Shown: piece after piece, positions 26,033-39,571 of the stretch | Numbering within the stretch: the stretch's first letter is position 1 | Layout: every line of letters starts with the position of its first letter | Notes under the pieces: generated by a model | What the model was told of the DNA's origin: nothing | The model's database searches: none | What the model saw: the letters and a program-made list of their open reading frames with translations, nothing else | Position numbers and translations under genes: made by a program | Origin: Mobula birostris | Taxonomy: Eukaryota | Direction of reading: 5' to 3' | DNA length: 64,000 bases | Assembly: GCF_030028105.1 (NCBI RefSeq) | Contig: NC_092382.1 | Location: 99,836,699 to 99,900,698 of the forward strand

Positions 26033-26758
26033 CACGGTGGAACAGAGTGACTGTGCAGTTGAACAAAAACTCTCATTCTCAAGAGCGTCGCTGCTGTCAG
26101 CAAAACAGGGAACAAGACTCCTGTCAATCATATGGTGGGAGGTGGTCCTATCATTCAGTCATGTGCGCAGCAGCGTCCAATCAGTGAAATAAGGGCCGAT
26201 TATATTGTGCCGTTGCTTCTAATTTCCCTTCTCTTCTAAAGCAAGTTGGGTGAATTCAATTTGCACACTTACCTTTCCAGTCTATTCTTCCTTGTCATTT
26301 CCGGTTTTCCCACACATTATCGGTCCGGGAGAACCAGAACCATTGAGTGCGCCGATAATGTTCACTCCCCAAGATCAATTTCCCGCACGTGTCTTTTTTG
26401 TCTGTTGTTGGAAACACAGAATACGAAGAATACCGGATGGATCCGGAACAGAGGAAACACGGGACATAAATGTTCGACAACCATACCGTACATGGTGGGA
26501 AATGCTGAGGAACAGAGGGGCCGCGGTTTACAAGGTTGAAAAAAGACCGTGAATGAGGGTGGGGCGTGTGGAGGGAGAGATGAACCTCGGTGTGCAGAAT
26601 AGGACACACACCCTGAATGGTGGGGCACGTGGCCAATCGCGACGTCCACAAATCCACCCACCTCACTGGGATACGTAACAAACGGGATGGAAGTGAATGA
26701 ATTCGTCTCCGCCGCCCGCACCACTTTCATCACTGAGAGAGTAAACGCTCCGCGGGAG

Positions 26759-27431
26759 GTGTTCCTTTTTCTGCAATTCGTCCTCGCCTTCCGCTGTGAG
26801 TGAAAGTTCCCAAATATTTCTTTTCATTCTCTGCTTGTGTCTTCCTGTCACATTCCTTCCACTTGCTTTCCCCTCCCGTCGTCTAGGAGCCATTTCTTAT
26901 TTATTTACGAGGCCTCGCGTCCGCAGACTATCTGCCCTCTGCAGCCGCCATTAAATTCCGATCTCCTCTCCAAATGTCCCCTTCTTCAGTTATCTTTTTT
27001 GCTTCCTTCAATGCACCCTGTTTATCGTCATCCCCACTGATCCGCTTCTCCGCTTCCCTTCTCCCCGTTCAGTCAAGACCATCTCTTTTTACCAGGCGCG
27101 ACCTCGGTGACGATCCACCAGACGCCGGCTTTCTCCGGAACTGCCGGCCAGAAGGTGACCCTGCGTTGCACAGTAGAGGGTAGTACCAGTGCTGATAACT
27201 ACTTGTACTGGTACCGACAATATGCGGGAAAGAGTACAGAGAATATGTTTTACTCGTCGATAGCTAATTCCGTGCTGCCAAATGAATTGGTCGACGGTTT
27301 TACGGCGGAGAGACCGAAGGCCAACAAGATCTTCCTGATGTCCGACAAACTGGAGGGGAATCCGGCGGCCGTGTATTTCTGTGCCTAGAGTATTCACGGC
27401 GGTTCAGAGTGACGGGAGCTGTACAAAAACT
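26759..27431 (+). pseudogene. TRBV: Family A TRBV pseudogene V9
   Basis: Start codon ATG changed to GTG (26759); CAW changed to CA-stop (TAG); RSS spacer only 21 nt. Confidence 0.88.
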
Positions 27432-28302
27432 CTCACCGTCAGGGAGTTCGCTGCTGTCAGTAAAACAGGAAACACGACTCATGCCAATCATATGGTGGGG
27501 GTGGGTCTGTCATTCAGTCGTGCGCGCCGTAGCGGCGAATCAGTGAAAGAAGAGGCGGTGGTACAGGTTTTCACGTCCTCCACTGAAGCATTCAGATGGG
27601 GGAAGAGAAACCGCGCACCGAGCTTCCCACTCATCCTTCCTTATGTGCAATCTTCTCGCAGATCTTCAGTACGGGTTTTCTCGTCACTTTCGAGTGCCAC
27701 CGATAATGTGACGAGAAGCACATCGATCATGAACTGAAGAACTGAGGAGTCCTCCAAGGGCTGTGTGATGGAGGGGAGATGCGCGTGGGGCTCCCAGATC
27801 TATCACGGAAAAGGCAGAGGTACAGGAACGCCAACAGATTCTCCATAGTGATCACACCAGGGAGAGGAATGGTCTTCGAAGGTGGTCCACACCTGCTCTG
27901 TACGGAACCCATGATGTTTCATAAGGATAATCATGTGGCCCTCATTATTACAGACTATTGGCTTCATTGAAATGGAGGTGAAGTGTTCCCGTCTTCTTTC
28001 ACCTGTTGTGTAGCTTTCAGAAATTTAAGAGAATTGGGAGCTTAAATAAACCGAGGGGAGATGAAGAAAGAGAGAGGGAAAGGCGGGAAGAGCAACAGAG
28101 AGAATGTATAGTGTGGTCAACATGATAGAGCGGAATCAGCACACCCCGCGGAACGGGTTGGAACATGGAAGGGGCGTGGCCAATCTTTGCTTGCGTAACA
28201 CACCTACGTCACTGATATAAGTAACAAACGGGGCTGAAGTGAATCGATTATTTCTTTGCTGCTCGCAGTATCATGACTGAGAGAAATAACCCTTCAAGAA
28301 GG

Positions 28303-28848
28303 ATGTTTCTGTTTCTACACTTCATTCTCGAATTGCACTGTGAGTGAAAATCGATAAATGTTATTTTTCTTCCATCGCTGCTTCCCTCTCGCTCTGTCGT
28401 AGCACCTAAATTCAGATCGCCTCTAGAGATTTTCCGACCTCCATCATCCTCTTTGCTTCCCTCAATGCACCCTCTTTCTCTCCTTTCACATTGACTGGCG
28501 TCTCCATTTTCATTCACCACGTTCTGCCTCCGCCGTCTCTTATTTCCAGATGCGACCTCGGTGACCATCCGCCAGACGCCGGCTTTCTCCGGAACTGCCG
28601 GCCAGAAGGTGACCCTGAATTGCACAGTAGAGGGTAGTACCAGTGCTGGTAACGTGTTGTACTGGTACCGACAATACCCGGGAAAGGGTCCGGAGAACAT
28701 GTTTTACTCGACGAGAGCTAATTCCGCGCTGCCAAAGGAACTGGTCGGCGGTTTTCTGGCGCTGAGACCTCAAACCAATGAGATCTTCCTGAAGTCCGAC
28801 AAACTGGAGGCTAATTCGTCAGCCGTGTATTTCTGCGCCTGGAGTATT
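28303..28848 (+). CDS. TRBV: TCR beta V segment V10, family A, apparently functional (leader 28303-28339, V exon 28550-28848)
   Basis: Leader MFLFLHFILELH; exon SVTIRQTPA...LNCTVEGSTSAGNVLYWYRQ...NSSAVYFCAWSI; RSS CACGGCG-23-ACAAAAAAC at 28849-28887. Confidence 0.87.
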
Positions 28849-29524
28849 CACGGCGGCTCAGAGTGATGGGGCAGCTGAACAAAAAACTCACCGTTAGAGT
28901 ACTCGCTGCTGTAAGCAAAACAGGAAACACGACTCCTGTCAATCATAGTGTGGGTTGGGTCTATGATCTGTCGTGCGCGCCGTAGCGGCAAATCAGTGAA
29001 AGAAGGGGCGGTGGTACAACTTTTCATGTTCTCCACTAAGCATTCAAATGGGAAAAGATAATCCGTGCACCGATCTTCCCTCTCCATCCTTCCTTCCTTA
29101 TGTGCAGTCTTCTCACCGATCTTCAGCACGGGTGGATCGTCACTTTTGAGTGCGACCGAAAACGTGACGAGAAACACATGGCACAAGAAATGAAGAGTCC
29201 TTCAAAGGCTGAGGAATGGAGTAGGGTTGGGCATGGGGTCTCGCATTTCCACCCCGTTAAACGCAGAGGTACGGGAACACCAACAGATTCTCCAAAGTAC
29301 TCATCCCGGGGAGAAGGAGCATTTTTAAAGATAAGCCACACCTGGGGGCAAATTGACCGTCTGCTCCAGGACAGGGTGCTCTGATGATCAGCTGTCGGCG
29401 GCCTCTGCCCATAAAAGGATGACAGGGTGACGTGAGGAATTAAAAGGATCTCTTATTATACCCTACTCGCTATGATATCCATTACCCGATTCAACTGTGA
29501 TGGGGCAGAAAGAGGAAGGAGTTG

Positions 29525-29738
29525 CGATGGGACCGGACAATAGATGCTGTCTTCTATCCTGTTGGACAAGGTTCGGTTGAAAACTGCACATCCGATTTCT
29601 ACACGGCGGCAAGACCGAGCAGCACTCTGTTCAAACTGGAACTGGGACATGCATCGGCCTCCCACTCTGCCGTCTACTACTGCGCTTGTAGTACGGCACA
29701 GAACTTCAGATAACGAGTCTCCCACTGCAAAAAAAACC
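29525..29738 (+). pseudogene. TRBV: 5'-truncated family B TRBV V11 (paralog of V16/V22)
   Basis: Only FR2 end to CDR3 (DRTIDAVFY...SHSAVYYCACST); RSS CACAGAA-23-GCAAAAAAA; CTCF motif CCACTAGGTGGCAG at 29772-29785. Confidence 0.85.
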
Positions 29739-29815
29739 CTTCCAGCCAAGCGCAGTGAGCTTCACGTTGTACCACTAGGTGGCAGCACCAGACCGTATAC
29801 GGCTATCCCTTTTGC

Positions 29816-30868
29816 CTAACATCTGCTCTCACTCCATCCTCCCGCCACCCCACTAGGAATAGGGTTCCACCGGTCCTCACCTACCATCCCACCAGCCTCC
29901 GGGTCCAACATATTATTCTCCGTAACTTCCGCCACCTCCAACGGGATCCCACCAGGAAGCACATCTTTCCCTACCCCTCTCACTCTGCATTCCGCAGGGA
30001 TCGCTCCCTACGCAATTCCCTTGTCCATTCGTCCCCCCCATCCCTCCCCATTGATCTCCCTCCTGGCACATATCCGTGTAAGCGGAACAAGTGCTACACA
30101 TGCCCTTACACTTCCTCCCTTACCACCATTCAGGGCCCCAAACAGTCCTTCAAGGTGAGGCAACACTTCACCTGTGAGTCGGCTGGGGTGATATACTGCA
30201 TCCGGTGCTCCCGATGTGGCCTTTTATATATTGGCGAGACTGGACGCAGACTGGGAGACCGCTTTGCTGAACACCTACGCTCGGTCCGTCAGAGAAAGCA
30301 GGATCTCCCAGTGGCCACACATTTTAATTCCACACCCCATTCCCATTCTGACATATCTATCCACGGCCTCCTCTACTGTAAAGATGAAGCCACACTCAGG
30401 TTGGAGGAACAACACCTTATATTCCGTCTGGGTAGCCTCCAACCTGATGACATGAGCATTGACTTCTCTAACTTCCGCTAATGCCCCACCTCTCCCTCGT
30501 ACCCCATCTGTTACTTATTTTTATACACACATTCTTTCTCTCACTCTCCTTTGTGTACCTCTGTCCCTCTGAATATACCCCTTGCCCATCCTCTGGGTCC
30601 CCCCCCCCCCTTGTCTTTCCTCCCGGACCTTCTGCCCCATGATCCTCTCATATCCCCTTTGCCAATCACCTGTCCAGCTCTTGGTTCCATCCCTCCCCCT
30701 CCTGTCTTCTCCTATCATTTTGGATCTCCCCCTCTCCCTCCAACTTTCAAATCCTTTACTCACTCTTCCTTCAGTTAGTCCTGACGAAGGGTCTCGGCCT
30801 GAAACGTCGACTGCACCTCTTCCTACAGATGCTGCCTGGCCTGCTGCGTTCACCAGCAACTTTTATGT
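29816..30868 (+). mobile_element. Penelope-like retroelement, 5'-truncated, with GIY-YIG endonuclease ORF and 3' hammerhead
   Basis: ORF 30155-30481 FTCES.GVIYCIRCSRCGLLYIGETGRRLGDRFAEHLRSV; hammerhead at 30777-30812; absent at the paralogous site near 59010; diverged direct repeats at the flanks. Confidence 0.88.
30777..30812 (+). ncRNA. Minimal type I hammerhead ribozyme (Penelope-associated)
   Basis: AGTC-CTGACGA-AGG(GTCTCGG)CCT-GAAA-CGTC^GACT. Confidence 0.8.
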
Positions 30869-31539
30869 GTACGGTTGCCCCTTTCTGTCACGAACGGGCA
30901 GCACTCGGCTGGCTTTCTGCGCGGGCTCCTGGTCTCTCAGATATCTCACCGAGAAGCATAAAGGCTTTGGTGAATAACAGCCTGTTATAGCACCTGTTCT
31001 GCAGTTGATGGCAGGAAACCCAAGACAGACCTGCGCACAGCTCAGCACATCGCCCAAACACCCCCTCTGTCCATAAACCGTGTTTCCTCCGTAAAGCAGC
31101 CGTTGGACATAAAGGGCTCCGGTTACCCATCCAGCAGCTTCTTTGCCTTGGTTACCCGACTCTTGAATGGACCGCTTATGCGAGAATATGGTAAAATAAT
31201 GTAGACTCCCGAATTCACAATCTAACTCTGTTTAGTCCTGTTAACCTGTAGTACGATTTTCTCTGTCGATTTTAAACATTATTGATGTACCTTATACTAC
31301 AACGATGCACTGTGTTACGATTTGATCTGCATGCAAGACCAGCTCTTCACTGTAAATTCATAGATGCAGCAAGTGTAAACGATTTTATTAATTTACCTTT
31401 CTCTATCTCAATTCAAAATGTTATGAATAGATCTCTGCGAACAAGCTTTTCACCGCATAACTGCACAGCGAATTCCCTGTGGCCAAGCATTGTAATTCCG
31501 AATCCCCTTCACCTTCCTACGTGTCGGTCCGTGACGACC

Positions 31540-31910
31540 CTTCGGGTCAAGAAGAGGCCACCCTCAAGGTAGAGGAACAACCTCTTGTATTCCATCTAGG
31601 TACTGTACCTTCCAACCTGATGGTGTCTCTTACCGTTACCTTTTATATCTTCTCGCCTGACTATTAGTTCCCCCTTGGACCGCTCATCCTTACCCTTCCC
31701 TGTTTTCCGTCTCCTCTCCTATCATATTCTTCCCACTCCAGCCTTGACCTTTCCCTTCCACCTGTCTTCACCTATGAACCTCCAGTGGCCTTTTACCCAT
31801 CCCGCAACTTTTAGTTCAGGCATTATCCTCCACCCCTGCTCCGTCCACTTTCCACTCTCAGTACTGCTGAAGGATCTCGGCCTGAAACGTCCAATGTTGC
31901 ACTTTTCCAC
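31540..31910 (+). mobile_element. Old Penelope-like 3' fragment (paralogs near 44090-44450 and 59690-60050)
   Basis: RLEEQ(P/H)L.F.LG-like codons followed by a pyrimidine-rich tract and a degenerate hammerhead (...GA-AGG..CCT-GAAACGTC). Confidence 0.6.
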
Positions 31911-33580
31911 ACGCCAGCAACAGCGCTAGACCGCGAGTCTCAAACCACGAAAGATCTTGGTCCTATTCACCAAGAGGTGCAGAACGGGATTTTCGCCATG
32001 TGGGGGAAGCAGTACTCTGTTTATCGCTGCACATTGTCCTACTCGAACGGCACGCAGCAACGCGCAATTATTATACCGGTGCATCTGTAAAAGTTTGCTC
32101 TACGAATGCATCTATACAAATGCTAACATCTCGCACATACATCTATGTCTTGTGTACATGTGTAATTAATGGGGCCAACATCCCTTTGGTGGCCTCCTGT
32201 ACATAATAAAATGGCCACTCACTGTGTGATCGTGGTACTCTGCTGTTGCAGCCCATCCTCACCAAGGTCCAATATAATGAGCACACGTGTTCACTTGAAT
32301 TACTGTCGCCTTCCCCTCAGCTTGAAAGAGTCTGGCCGTTCTCCTCTAAACTCGGGCATTGACAGGGCACTTTCACCCGCATAATTACCACAACAGTTTT
32401 TCGTTCCAGTCTCTGTAAACAGTAAAGTACGTTGTGTGTGAATATCCGAGGATTTCAGTCGTTTCTGAAATACGCAGCTCTCCCGGTTTGGCATCAATAA
32501 GCATTCTTCAGTCAAAGTAAATTAGATCACATTTCCTCCCTATTCTGATGTTTCGGCCGAACAGCAATAGAACCTCTTGACCATTTCTGCATGCTCTTAT
32601 GCATTAACTTGCTGCCACAGGATTGACTGATGAGACATTTGCACGAACGATTTGGTGTGGAGATGTCTAATAATGTGTCCACGTCGTTTGAGTAGCTTGA
32701 ATGAAAACGTGGATGGATGGGTTTGTAAGTTTGAAAACGACACAATAATTGACCGCACCATGGATGTTAGAGCAGGTTGTCAACGGAGAGAGACGGATAT
32801 CTATGTAGTCAGTGCGTAGCTGTAGCTAGTAATGAGGCCACTGAGTGTATGTTGTGTTCTCTTTACTATCGCCTCTGCAGACTTCCGCTGCACCTTCCCA
32901 TCTTTCGCAGTATTCCGTCTGGAGGAGCGACTGCCCGACCCGAGGCAGGAGCATACTGAGTTGCTGTTGATCTTTCGCTTATTTGCCTACCAGGAGACAA
33001 ACGACGTTCTTTTGTTGCCGTATAACCACAACTTCTGCATCGAGTCGCCACGAAATTCCCTGTGATTTCCACGCTCTTTCAGACTGCGGGTCCAGAGTCA
33101 GTGAGACAGTAGACACACAGGGATGCATTGCGGATAATTCNNNNNNNNNNNNNNNNNNNNNNNNNNNNNNNNNNNNNNNNNNNNNNNNNNNNNNNNNNNN
33201 NNNNNNNNNNNNNNNNNNNNNNNNNNNNNNNNNNNNNNNNNNNNNNNNNNNNNNNNNNNNNNNNNNNNNNNNNNNNNNNNNNNNNNNNNNNNNNNNNNNN
33301 NNNNNNNNNNNNNNNNNNNNNNNNNNNNNNNNNNNNNNNNNNNNNNNNNNNNCTCCTTCTTTTTCGCCGCATTCCTTTCCAAGAAGCGATAGATCCTGCA
33401 TTGGGTGTGCAATATATTTTGCATTATTGCTTGTTTCTGTTCTCAATAGGAACGGCAAGCGGTTTTCGCATAGCTAATGTAAAACGACAGCTGCTTCATT
33501 CACCCAGCACGAAATCGCTTTTATGTATCTATGTGTTTGTGAGTGTGTAACTGTGTATGTCTCGGTGTTTGTGCGCGCGA

Positions 33581-33581
<1 letters not shown>

Positions 33582-33656
<75 letters not shown>
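33582..33656. repeat. (GT)n microsatellite
   Basis: Direct observation. Confidence 0.95.
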
Positions 33657-33658
<2 letters not shown>

Positions 33659-33894
33659 TCCTGTAGTTACGATTCTTCACGAAAGCGACACTGCAGAAAC
33701 TGCGACCTCCACTCTCTTCCGGCTTTCGAATGACGACAGAAGGAAAACGTACCGCCCAGCAGTTACACAGGAAGTGACAGACGTCATAGGGCTATTCGGA
33801 ACCATCAAATATATCGAGCCACACAGTACATTACTTCTGAAAGCTGGTCTTGAACGGCACTCCATCCCAAAGCCCGCCAGATTCTACCCTGTCA

Positions 33895-34344
33895 ATGATG
33901 ATGCGAGGGACATACTGTATTCCGCTGATCGTGGCGTTGATCCCGCGTAAGTCAGGATAACAATGGTTCTGGGGAAGGTAACTCAGTTTCAGAGAACGGG
34001 TGAACATTTGTTGAGAGAAATGAGGCTCTAATGGAATTTCTCCCTTTCAGGGATTCTGGCCGTGTACGTCGAGCAGTCGCCCCCTTCCCTGTCAGTTGGA
34101 TTGGGAGAGTCAAACACCGTCCAATGCACCCTGCTGAATTTGGACTATAATAGTATGTATTGGTACAGACAGCGACCGGACGGGGCAATAGAAGCTCTTT
34201 TCTATTCTGCTGCGAAAGGTTTAGTCAACAGTTACACGTCGGAATCCTACGCGGCAACAAGACCCAACAGCACTTTCTTTCAACTGGAGCTAAAGAACGC
34301 CTCGCACTCTCACTCGGCCGTCTACTTCTGCGCCTGTAGTAGCG
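33895..34344 (+). CDS. TRBV: TCR beta V segment V12, family B (B2 subgroup), apparently functional (leader 33895-33946, V exon 34051-34344)
   Basis: Leader MMMRGTYCIPLIVALIP; 104-bp intron; exon VYVEQSPPSLSVGLGESNTVQCTLLNLDYNSMYWYRQ...SHSAVYFCACSS; RSS CACAGAG-23-ACAAAAACT at 34345-34383. Confidence 0.88.
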
Positions 34345-34884
34345 CACAGAGGTTGAGAAGCCGAGCCGCCTCTGACAAAAACTTCCTGCACAGTCGCTGA
34401 AGGCTCAGAACCCGCGTTTTCCACCACTAGATGTCGCAGTACATTGTGCTTCAATCTCCAAGACGCGTCCAGCTTAACACTGCAATTACATTTGATCTTC
34501 CCAGCCGCACAACACAGTGCGTAATACACCCAATCAGGCAAAACAAACAAGGATGCCCCAAGTAATTCAGGAAGACTTCACACAAAAAACAAAGAGCGCC
34601 TCGAATTTCTCACGAACCTGAAGGAGTTTGGCAATTCCTGTTGACCTACAGCAACACTTAAAATGATATTTGCAGGGACGAGGTTCAAACCATTGTCTAT
34701 TTTTCCTGCGCCTCCGCCGATAATAAAAAAATAAACGATGTTGTGTTTGTAGAAATGATTTATAACTAGATTTCCTAATGGTGGCTGGTAATGTTAGATA
34801 CGCGAGTTCCTTCTCTCTGTCGTTGCAGAATACCTGGTTGATTACTGCGAGAAAGTAAGAGTGCTACAAATATTCTGTCTACAG

Positions 34885-35197
34885 GGGTTCTGGCCGCGTA
34901 CGTGGAACAGGCGGCTCCCTCCTTGTCAATTGGAGTTGGGGTGTCAGTCAACGTCACGTGCACGCCGTTCAATACCGACTATAGCAAAATGATTTGGTAC
35001 AGACAGAGACAACGCAAAGCAATAGAAGCTTTTTACTTCTCTGCCGGGCAAGGTATCCGCACAAGGTACACAGCCGAGTCCAACAGGGGCAGGATAACTA
35101 GCAGAACGCTGTTCAAACTGGATGTGAAAGGCATCTCGCCCCCCACTCCGACGTGTTCTTCTGCGCTTGTAGTAGTGCACAGAGCTGGGCAAAAACC
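34885..35197 (+). pseudogene. TRBV: Family B (B3 subgroup) TRBV pseudogene V13
   Basis: No leader found; frameshift in FR3; RSS spacer collapsed (CACAGAG-CTGG-GCAAAAACC); CTCF-like CCACTAGGGGTCAG still present at 35237-35250. Confidence 0.85.
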
Positions 35198-37058
35198 ATC
35201 TTCCCTATCGCTCAGAGGTTCATAAGCAGCTTGGCACCACTAGGGGTCAGCATCAGATTGCGTTTCACAACTCATTTTGCATCTGGCAGATGAATCACTT
35301 TGCCCTGTTCCGGTATTATTCAGCTCCGGCCTCCAGGTCCCTGTCTTTTATTCACCAGTCCCTGCACTGCACGCCTTCCCGTGTCTTTCAGCACTTTTTA
35401 ATATTATATTCCTCTGATCCATTGAACATTACAAAGCACCACGGTGAAGACTGGGTCACAGGTTGTCTCGGCGGCGGGGGAAATACTTGGCAATTAGGAC
35501 TTCATCAGTCGGAGCGTTTATAGAGCTGGGGAGTGTTACGTATGCGTGGGACAAGGACAAAAAATAGAGTTCTATGATTAAAACTGTTTCTTCACTCATG
35601 TTGGTAAACGTCCTGGCTCTGCAGTGGACAGTTCTGGAGCTACGACGCGATTCCGCCGAGACGAAAAGACGCGCACTCGGAGCCTGGCATGTAAAATACA
35701 GATAGACCTCCGCCAGCAGCTGGGCCGATCTATTCATTGCGCAATCAATCGGCCGCATGCGCAGTAACTCGCCAGGCCCACGCAAGCAAACCATTACAGT
35801 TCAGGGAGCTCTGCGGTATCTGGAGCATCGGCTATTGTGTCGTTCACCATAATACGATACAAATGTTCTATGTTTTATTTATATATAAAGAAAAATAAAG
35901 ATTGTCGAAGAGATCTGAAACGATGTCGTCTAAACTAGGGGCCTGAAATACGACGAGGGGTTATGCAGCCAGAGGGTCGTGAATCCATGAATTCATTGCA
36001 CGGGTGTCTTTGGATATATTTCAGGCAGAAGGTGAACGTTTCTTAATTATGGATATGGATATCCATTTAAAATGGAGATGAGGATGAATGATTTTAATCA
36101 GAGAATTCGCTTCCCCAGGCGGCTGCCGAGGCCATGTCTTTATGTATATTTAGGATAGGTGTTGATAGTTCCTTGATTATTCGGAATGTGACGCGATACG
36201 GGGAGAAGGCAGAAAATTGGGCTGAGAGGTGAATGGATCAGTGATGGTGAAGTGCCTGACATCACTCTGCTGTATGGACTTATGGGAGTTGACAGTTCGG
36301 AGACTATCTATCTATCTATCTATCTATCATACTATCTCTCTCTCTCTCTCTCTCTATCTGATTGTGTTTCGATCTATCTGTACAACAGAAATGTGATGGT
36401 CGTTGACATTCCCTGTAGATGAAAGAAATAAAGCAAATCTGCGATCATAATTTGAGACATGATATCTGTTTATTCATACAAAACTACACAGATACATATA
36501 AAAATAAACCAATGGACCGATAAGAAAATTATGAGTAGAGAGAAAATCAGCAAGAGGTATATTCATGGTGGGGAGGTGGGGGGGGTGGGAGAGAAAGGGA
36601 GGGAGTGAGTTCTACATTTCTACAAAATGGCAGCCTCCATCCCCAAGCACATGGAAGGAACAAAGACAATAAACCTGCCTCCTTCCACTGTCCTTAATCC
36701 ATTCGCTTTCAACGTTGTCTTCCATATTTTAATATCACCCTGGCCAGCAAAGTGAAGGAAGGAGAGAGAGAGCGAAAGAAGGAAAGATAAGGAAGAAGAA
36801 GAATGGACGGTGAAATCACTACTTATTGATCGATGAGAAAGGGATGTGGTAAGATAAGAAGGGACAATGATGATTCGGCAGAGTATAACTGCGCATGCCT
36901 GGATTCAGATTAGCTGAAAGAAACAGGGGGTGCGGCCATTCGTATCACCAATGACCAGTTAGGTCACTGAGTTGCATGACAAGCGGGACTGAAGTGAGTG
37001 GATTCATTGTTCCAGGACAGAACGCTCTCTCTCGGGAGGGAATTATCCTTCAGAGAAG

Positions 37059-37652
37059 ATGTTCCTGCTTCTGCAACTGATCGTCTCCTTCCACTGTGAG
37101 GGAAATCTGGTAACACTTTTTCCTCTCTCACTCGTTCCTTCTCATAATCCTCACATTCTCTCGTCCTGTGCCTCCTCTGCCTCTTTCGCCGCTTGTCTCC
37201 GCACATTCCCATCCTCACCGTGAACTTCCTCCGCCGAAACCTCTCCATTGCCACCGCACCCGAAAGTTCCCCAGTTTCATTCCTCCCCTTCTCTACTCCG
37301 TCGTTCTCGCCGGCCACATACTCACCTCTTTTCACTCCCACTCTCTTCTTCAGATGTGACCCCGGTGACGATCCAGCAGATCCCAGCTTTCTCCGGTGCT
37401 ACCGGCCGGGCTGTGACGCTGAACTGTACTATCGAGGGGCGCAGCAACACGGCTGATACGATGTTCTGGTACAGACAATACCCGGGGCAGGGGCTGGAGA
37501 ACTTTTTCTACGCTGTGGTTGCCGGCAACGTGCAAGCAAAGAGGCCGCTGTCCGGCTTTACCGCACAGAGACTGAGCAGCTACATCTTCAGGCTGAGCTC
37601 CGTCACCTTGGAGGCGAATTCGTCAGCCGTGTACTTCTGTGCCTGGAGTGAT
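37059..37652 (+). CDS. TRBV: TCR beta V segment V14, family A-related (C subgroup), apparently functional (leader 37059-37095, V exon 37354-37652)
   Basis: Leader MFLLLQLIVSFH; exon VTPVTIQQIPAFSGATGRAVTLNCTIEGRSNTADTMFWYRQ...NSSAVYFCAWSD; RSS CACAGTG-23-GCAAAAACC at 37653-37691; CTCF-like CCGACAGATGGCGC at 37733-37746. Confidence 0.88.
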
Positions 37653-39571
37653 CACAGTGACTGGGTCAGACGGGGGAGCTGAGCAAAAACCTCACCGTCT
37701 TGATGTCAATCGAAGCGTGGGTGTGATCCTGTCCGACAGATGGCGCTGCGATGCTGCCACTGAGACAAATAAAGGGCGACGATATCGCAGCTGCTGTTGT
37801 CATGTATTTCTATTGTTATGCATTAAAATGGCGGAAGCGATTGTGCACAGATATGTTAGCACCCATTCTGTTTTTTTGTAGGTGAAAGCTTCTGTCCGAT
37901 GATCAGACTGTATAGAAACTACCTAAATCTGAATTCGCGATTCTTAGATCCTCCGCTCTGAATCCACGACATCCATTCGTCGAAACACAAAATCCTCGGA
38001 CACTTGACGTGTTGACAAACAGAGGGACCTGGATGTCCAAGGGAAGGACACACTCTGAGTGGTGGGAGTATCAATGGACCGAGGGACAGAAGTGTACAAG
38101 GGTAGGACATACAAAGTGAGTGGTGTGAAGTGTTGAGGAACAGGGACCCTGGGTGAACTGCCTGTCCCACGCTCGGTTGGTTGTGCTCTCAGGGACCTCA
38201 GGAATGGAAATCTTTCACGCACAACAGAAGCCTGTCGTCAGCAAGAAAACCGGTGAGCCGACTGTCATGCAGGACGAGGTTTTCACTCAGACGGCATGGT
38301 GCTGTTATTCGTCAGAGTACATGGCGCAGGCGTTGCTCTTACGTTCTTCCCGAAACGTCCAGGTGAGAGAAATTCTTCTGTCCAAGGAACTTCACAGCCG
38401 GTTCTTCGTTACATGACCGTGTTGATCAAACCTTTCCAGTGAGGTCAACTAGACTGAGACTTCCAACTATATGCAGTCTCCCTGCACCTACCTCCCTTCC
38501 ATCCGACCCTTCTTGGGCACCTTGTCATCTGCGCCGGAGGCAGGCCTATCTGTGACGTAACCCCCTCCTCCCCATCGGTTCATGGGGCCTGACTGACAGG
38601 ACAAAGTTGTTCTGCAAACAGAGAATTAATCGGCAAAGTCTAGATATATATCAATCGATGTATTGGCAAACAGATAGACAGGAAGAGACATAGATTGTTA
38701 GATAGATGGTTAGAGAGATAGATAGTTAGACAGACAGGTTAAAAAGATAGATAGAAAGACAAACACATGCGTACATATATGCATAATCAGACAAAAGCAC
38801 GGACGGAAAAGATAGTCACAGCTCACAGGTGACAACTGTTGTTTCAGGACGGCAGACAGGGAGAGGGTTAGAGTGATCCTGGGGCAGAAACAGAAGGGGG
38901 GAATCCACACGACAAACAACTTCAACTTATCAGTGACTGAGAGTCGTTCATGAAGAATTTGGGGATAATCTTCAGAGAGGGAGAGCGAGCGAGATGGAGA
39001 GAATTCCGCTGGGGAAAGATTCAGGTGCGCATTTAGCTGATTTGGACCGGACGTACACATTCGTTCTAAATGGTTCCGGAAGAACTATGCAGGGCTACAA
39101 CCCGGCACTGACTGTGGGAGGTGGTGGTTGGGAGACGTGTACTCTCTGTCCTATGTCCAACAAACAAGAAACGCCGGCGGGACTCAGCACGCCAGGCAGC
39201 ATCTATGGAGCGGAATAAGAAGTCGATGATACCGAGACAATACGTCAGAACTGCAAGGGGTGGTAGGTTCAGAACAAAATATTTGGAGGCAAATCTTTTT
39301 TGAAAAAGTACGGATTGAGATATAGCGGGCAAAGGGAGAAACACGGAGGGAGTGATATGGAGAGAGAGCGAGACTGTTGGGTGGTCAAATTGGAACGGAA
39401 GCAACGCATCCCTCGAATGGGGGCAGGCTTATAGAAGGGGCGTGTCTGATCGCTACTTCCGCAAATCCACCTACGTCACTGGGATACGTAACAAGCGGGG
39501 ATGAAGTGAATGGATTCGTCTCTGATGCACGCAGTGCTTTCATCGCTGAGAGAATAAACCCGCCAAGGAAG

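Noticed and set aside
21557-28887. TCR gamma assignment because of the Trp in CAW
   Set aside because: The Trp is at IMGT 106 (CAWS, as in TRBV30), not the CAxW pattern of TRGV.
32979-33950. Long ORFs spanning N-gaps and microsatellites (also 3127-3479, 45456-45878, 46762-47328, 48961-49651, 61034-61972)
   Set aside because: They are artefacts of N runs and stop-free simple repeats.
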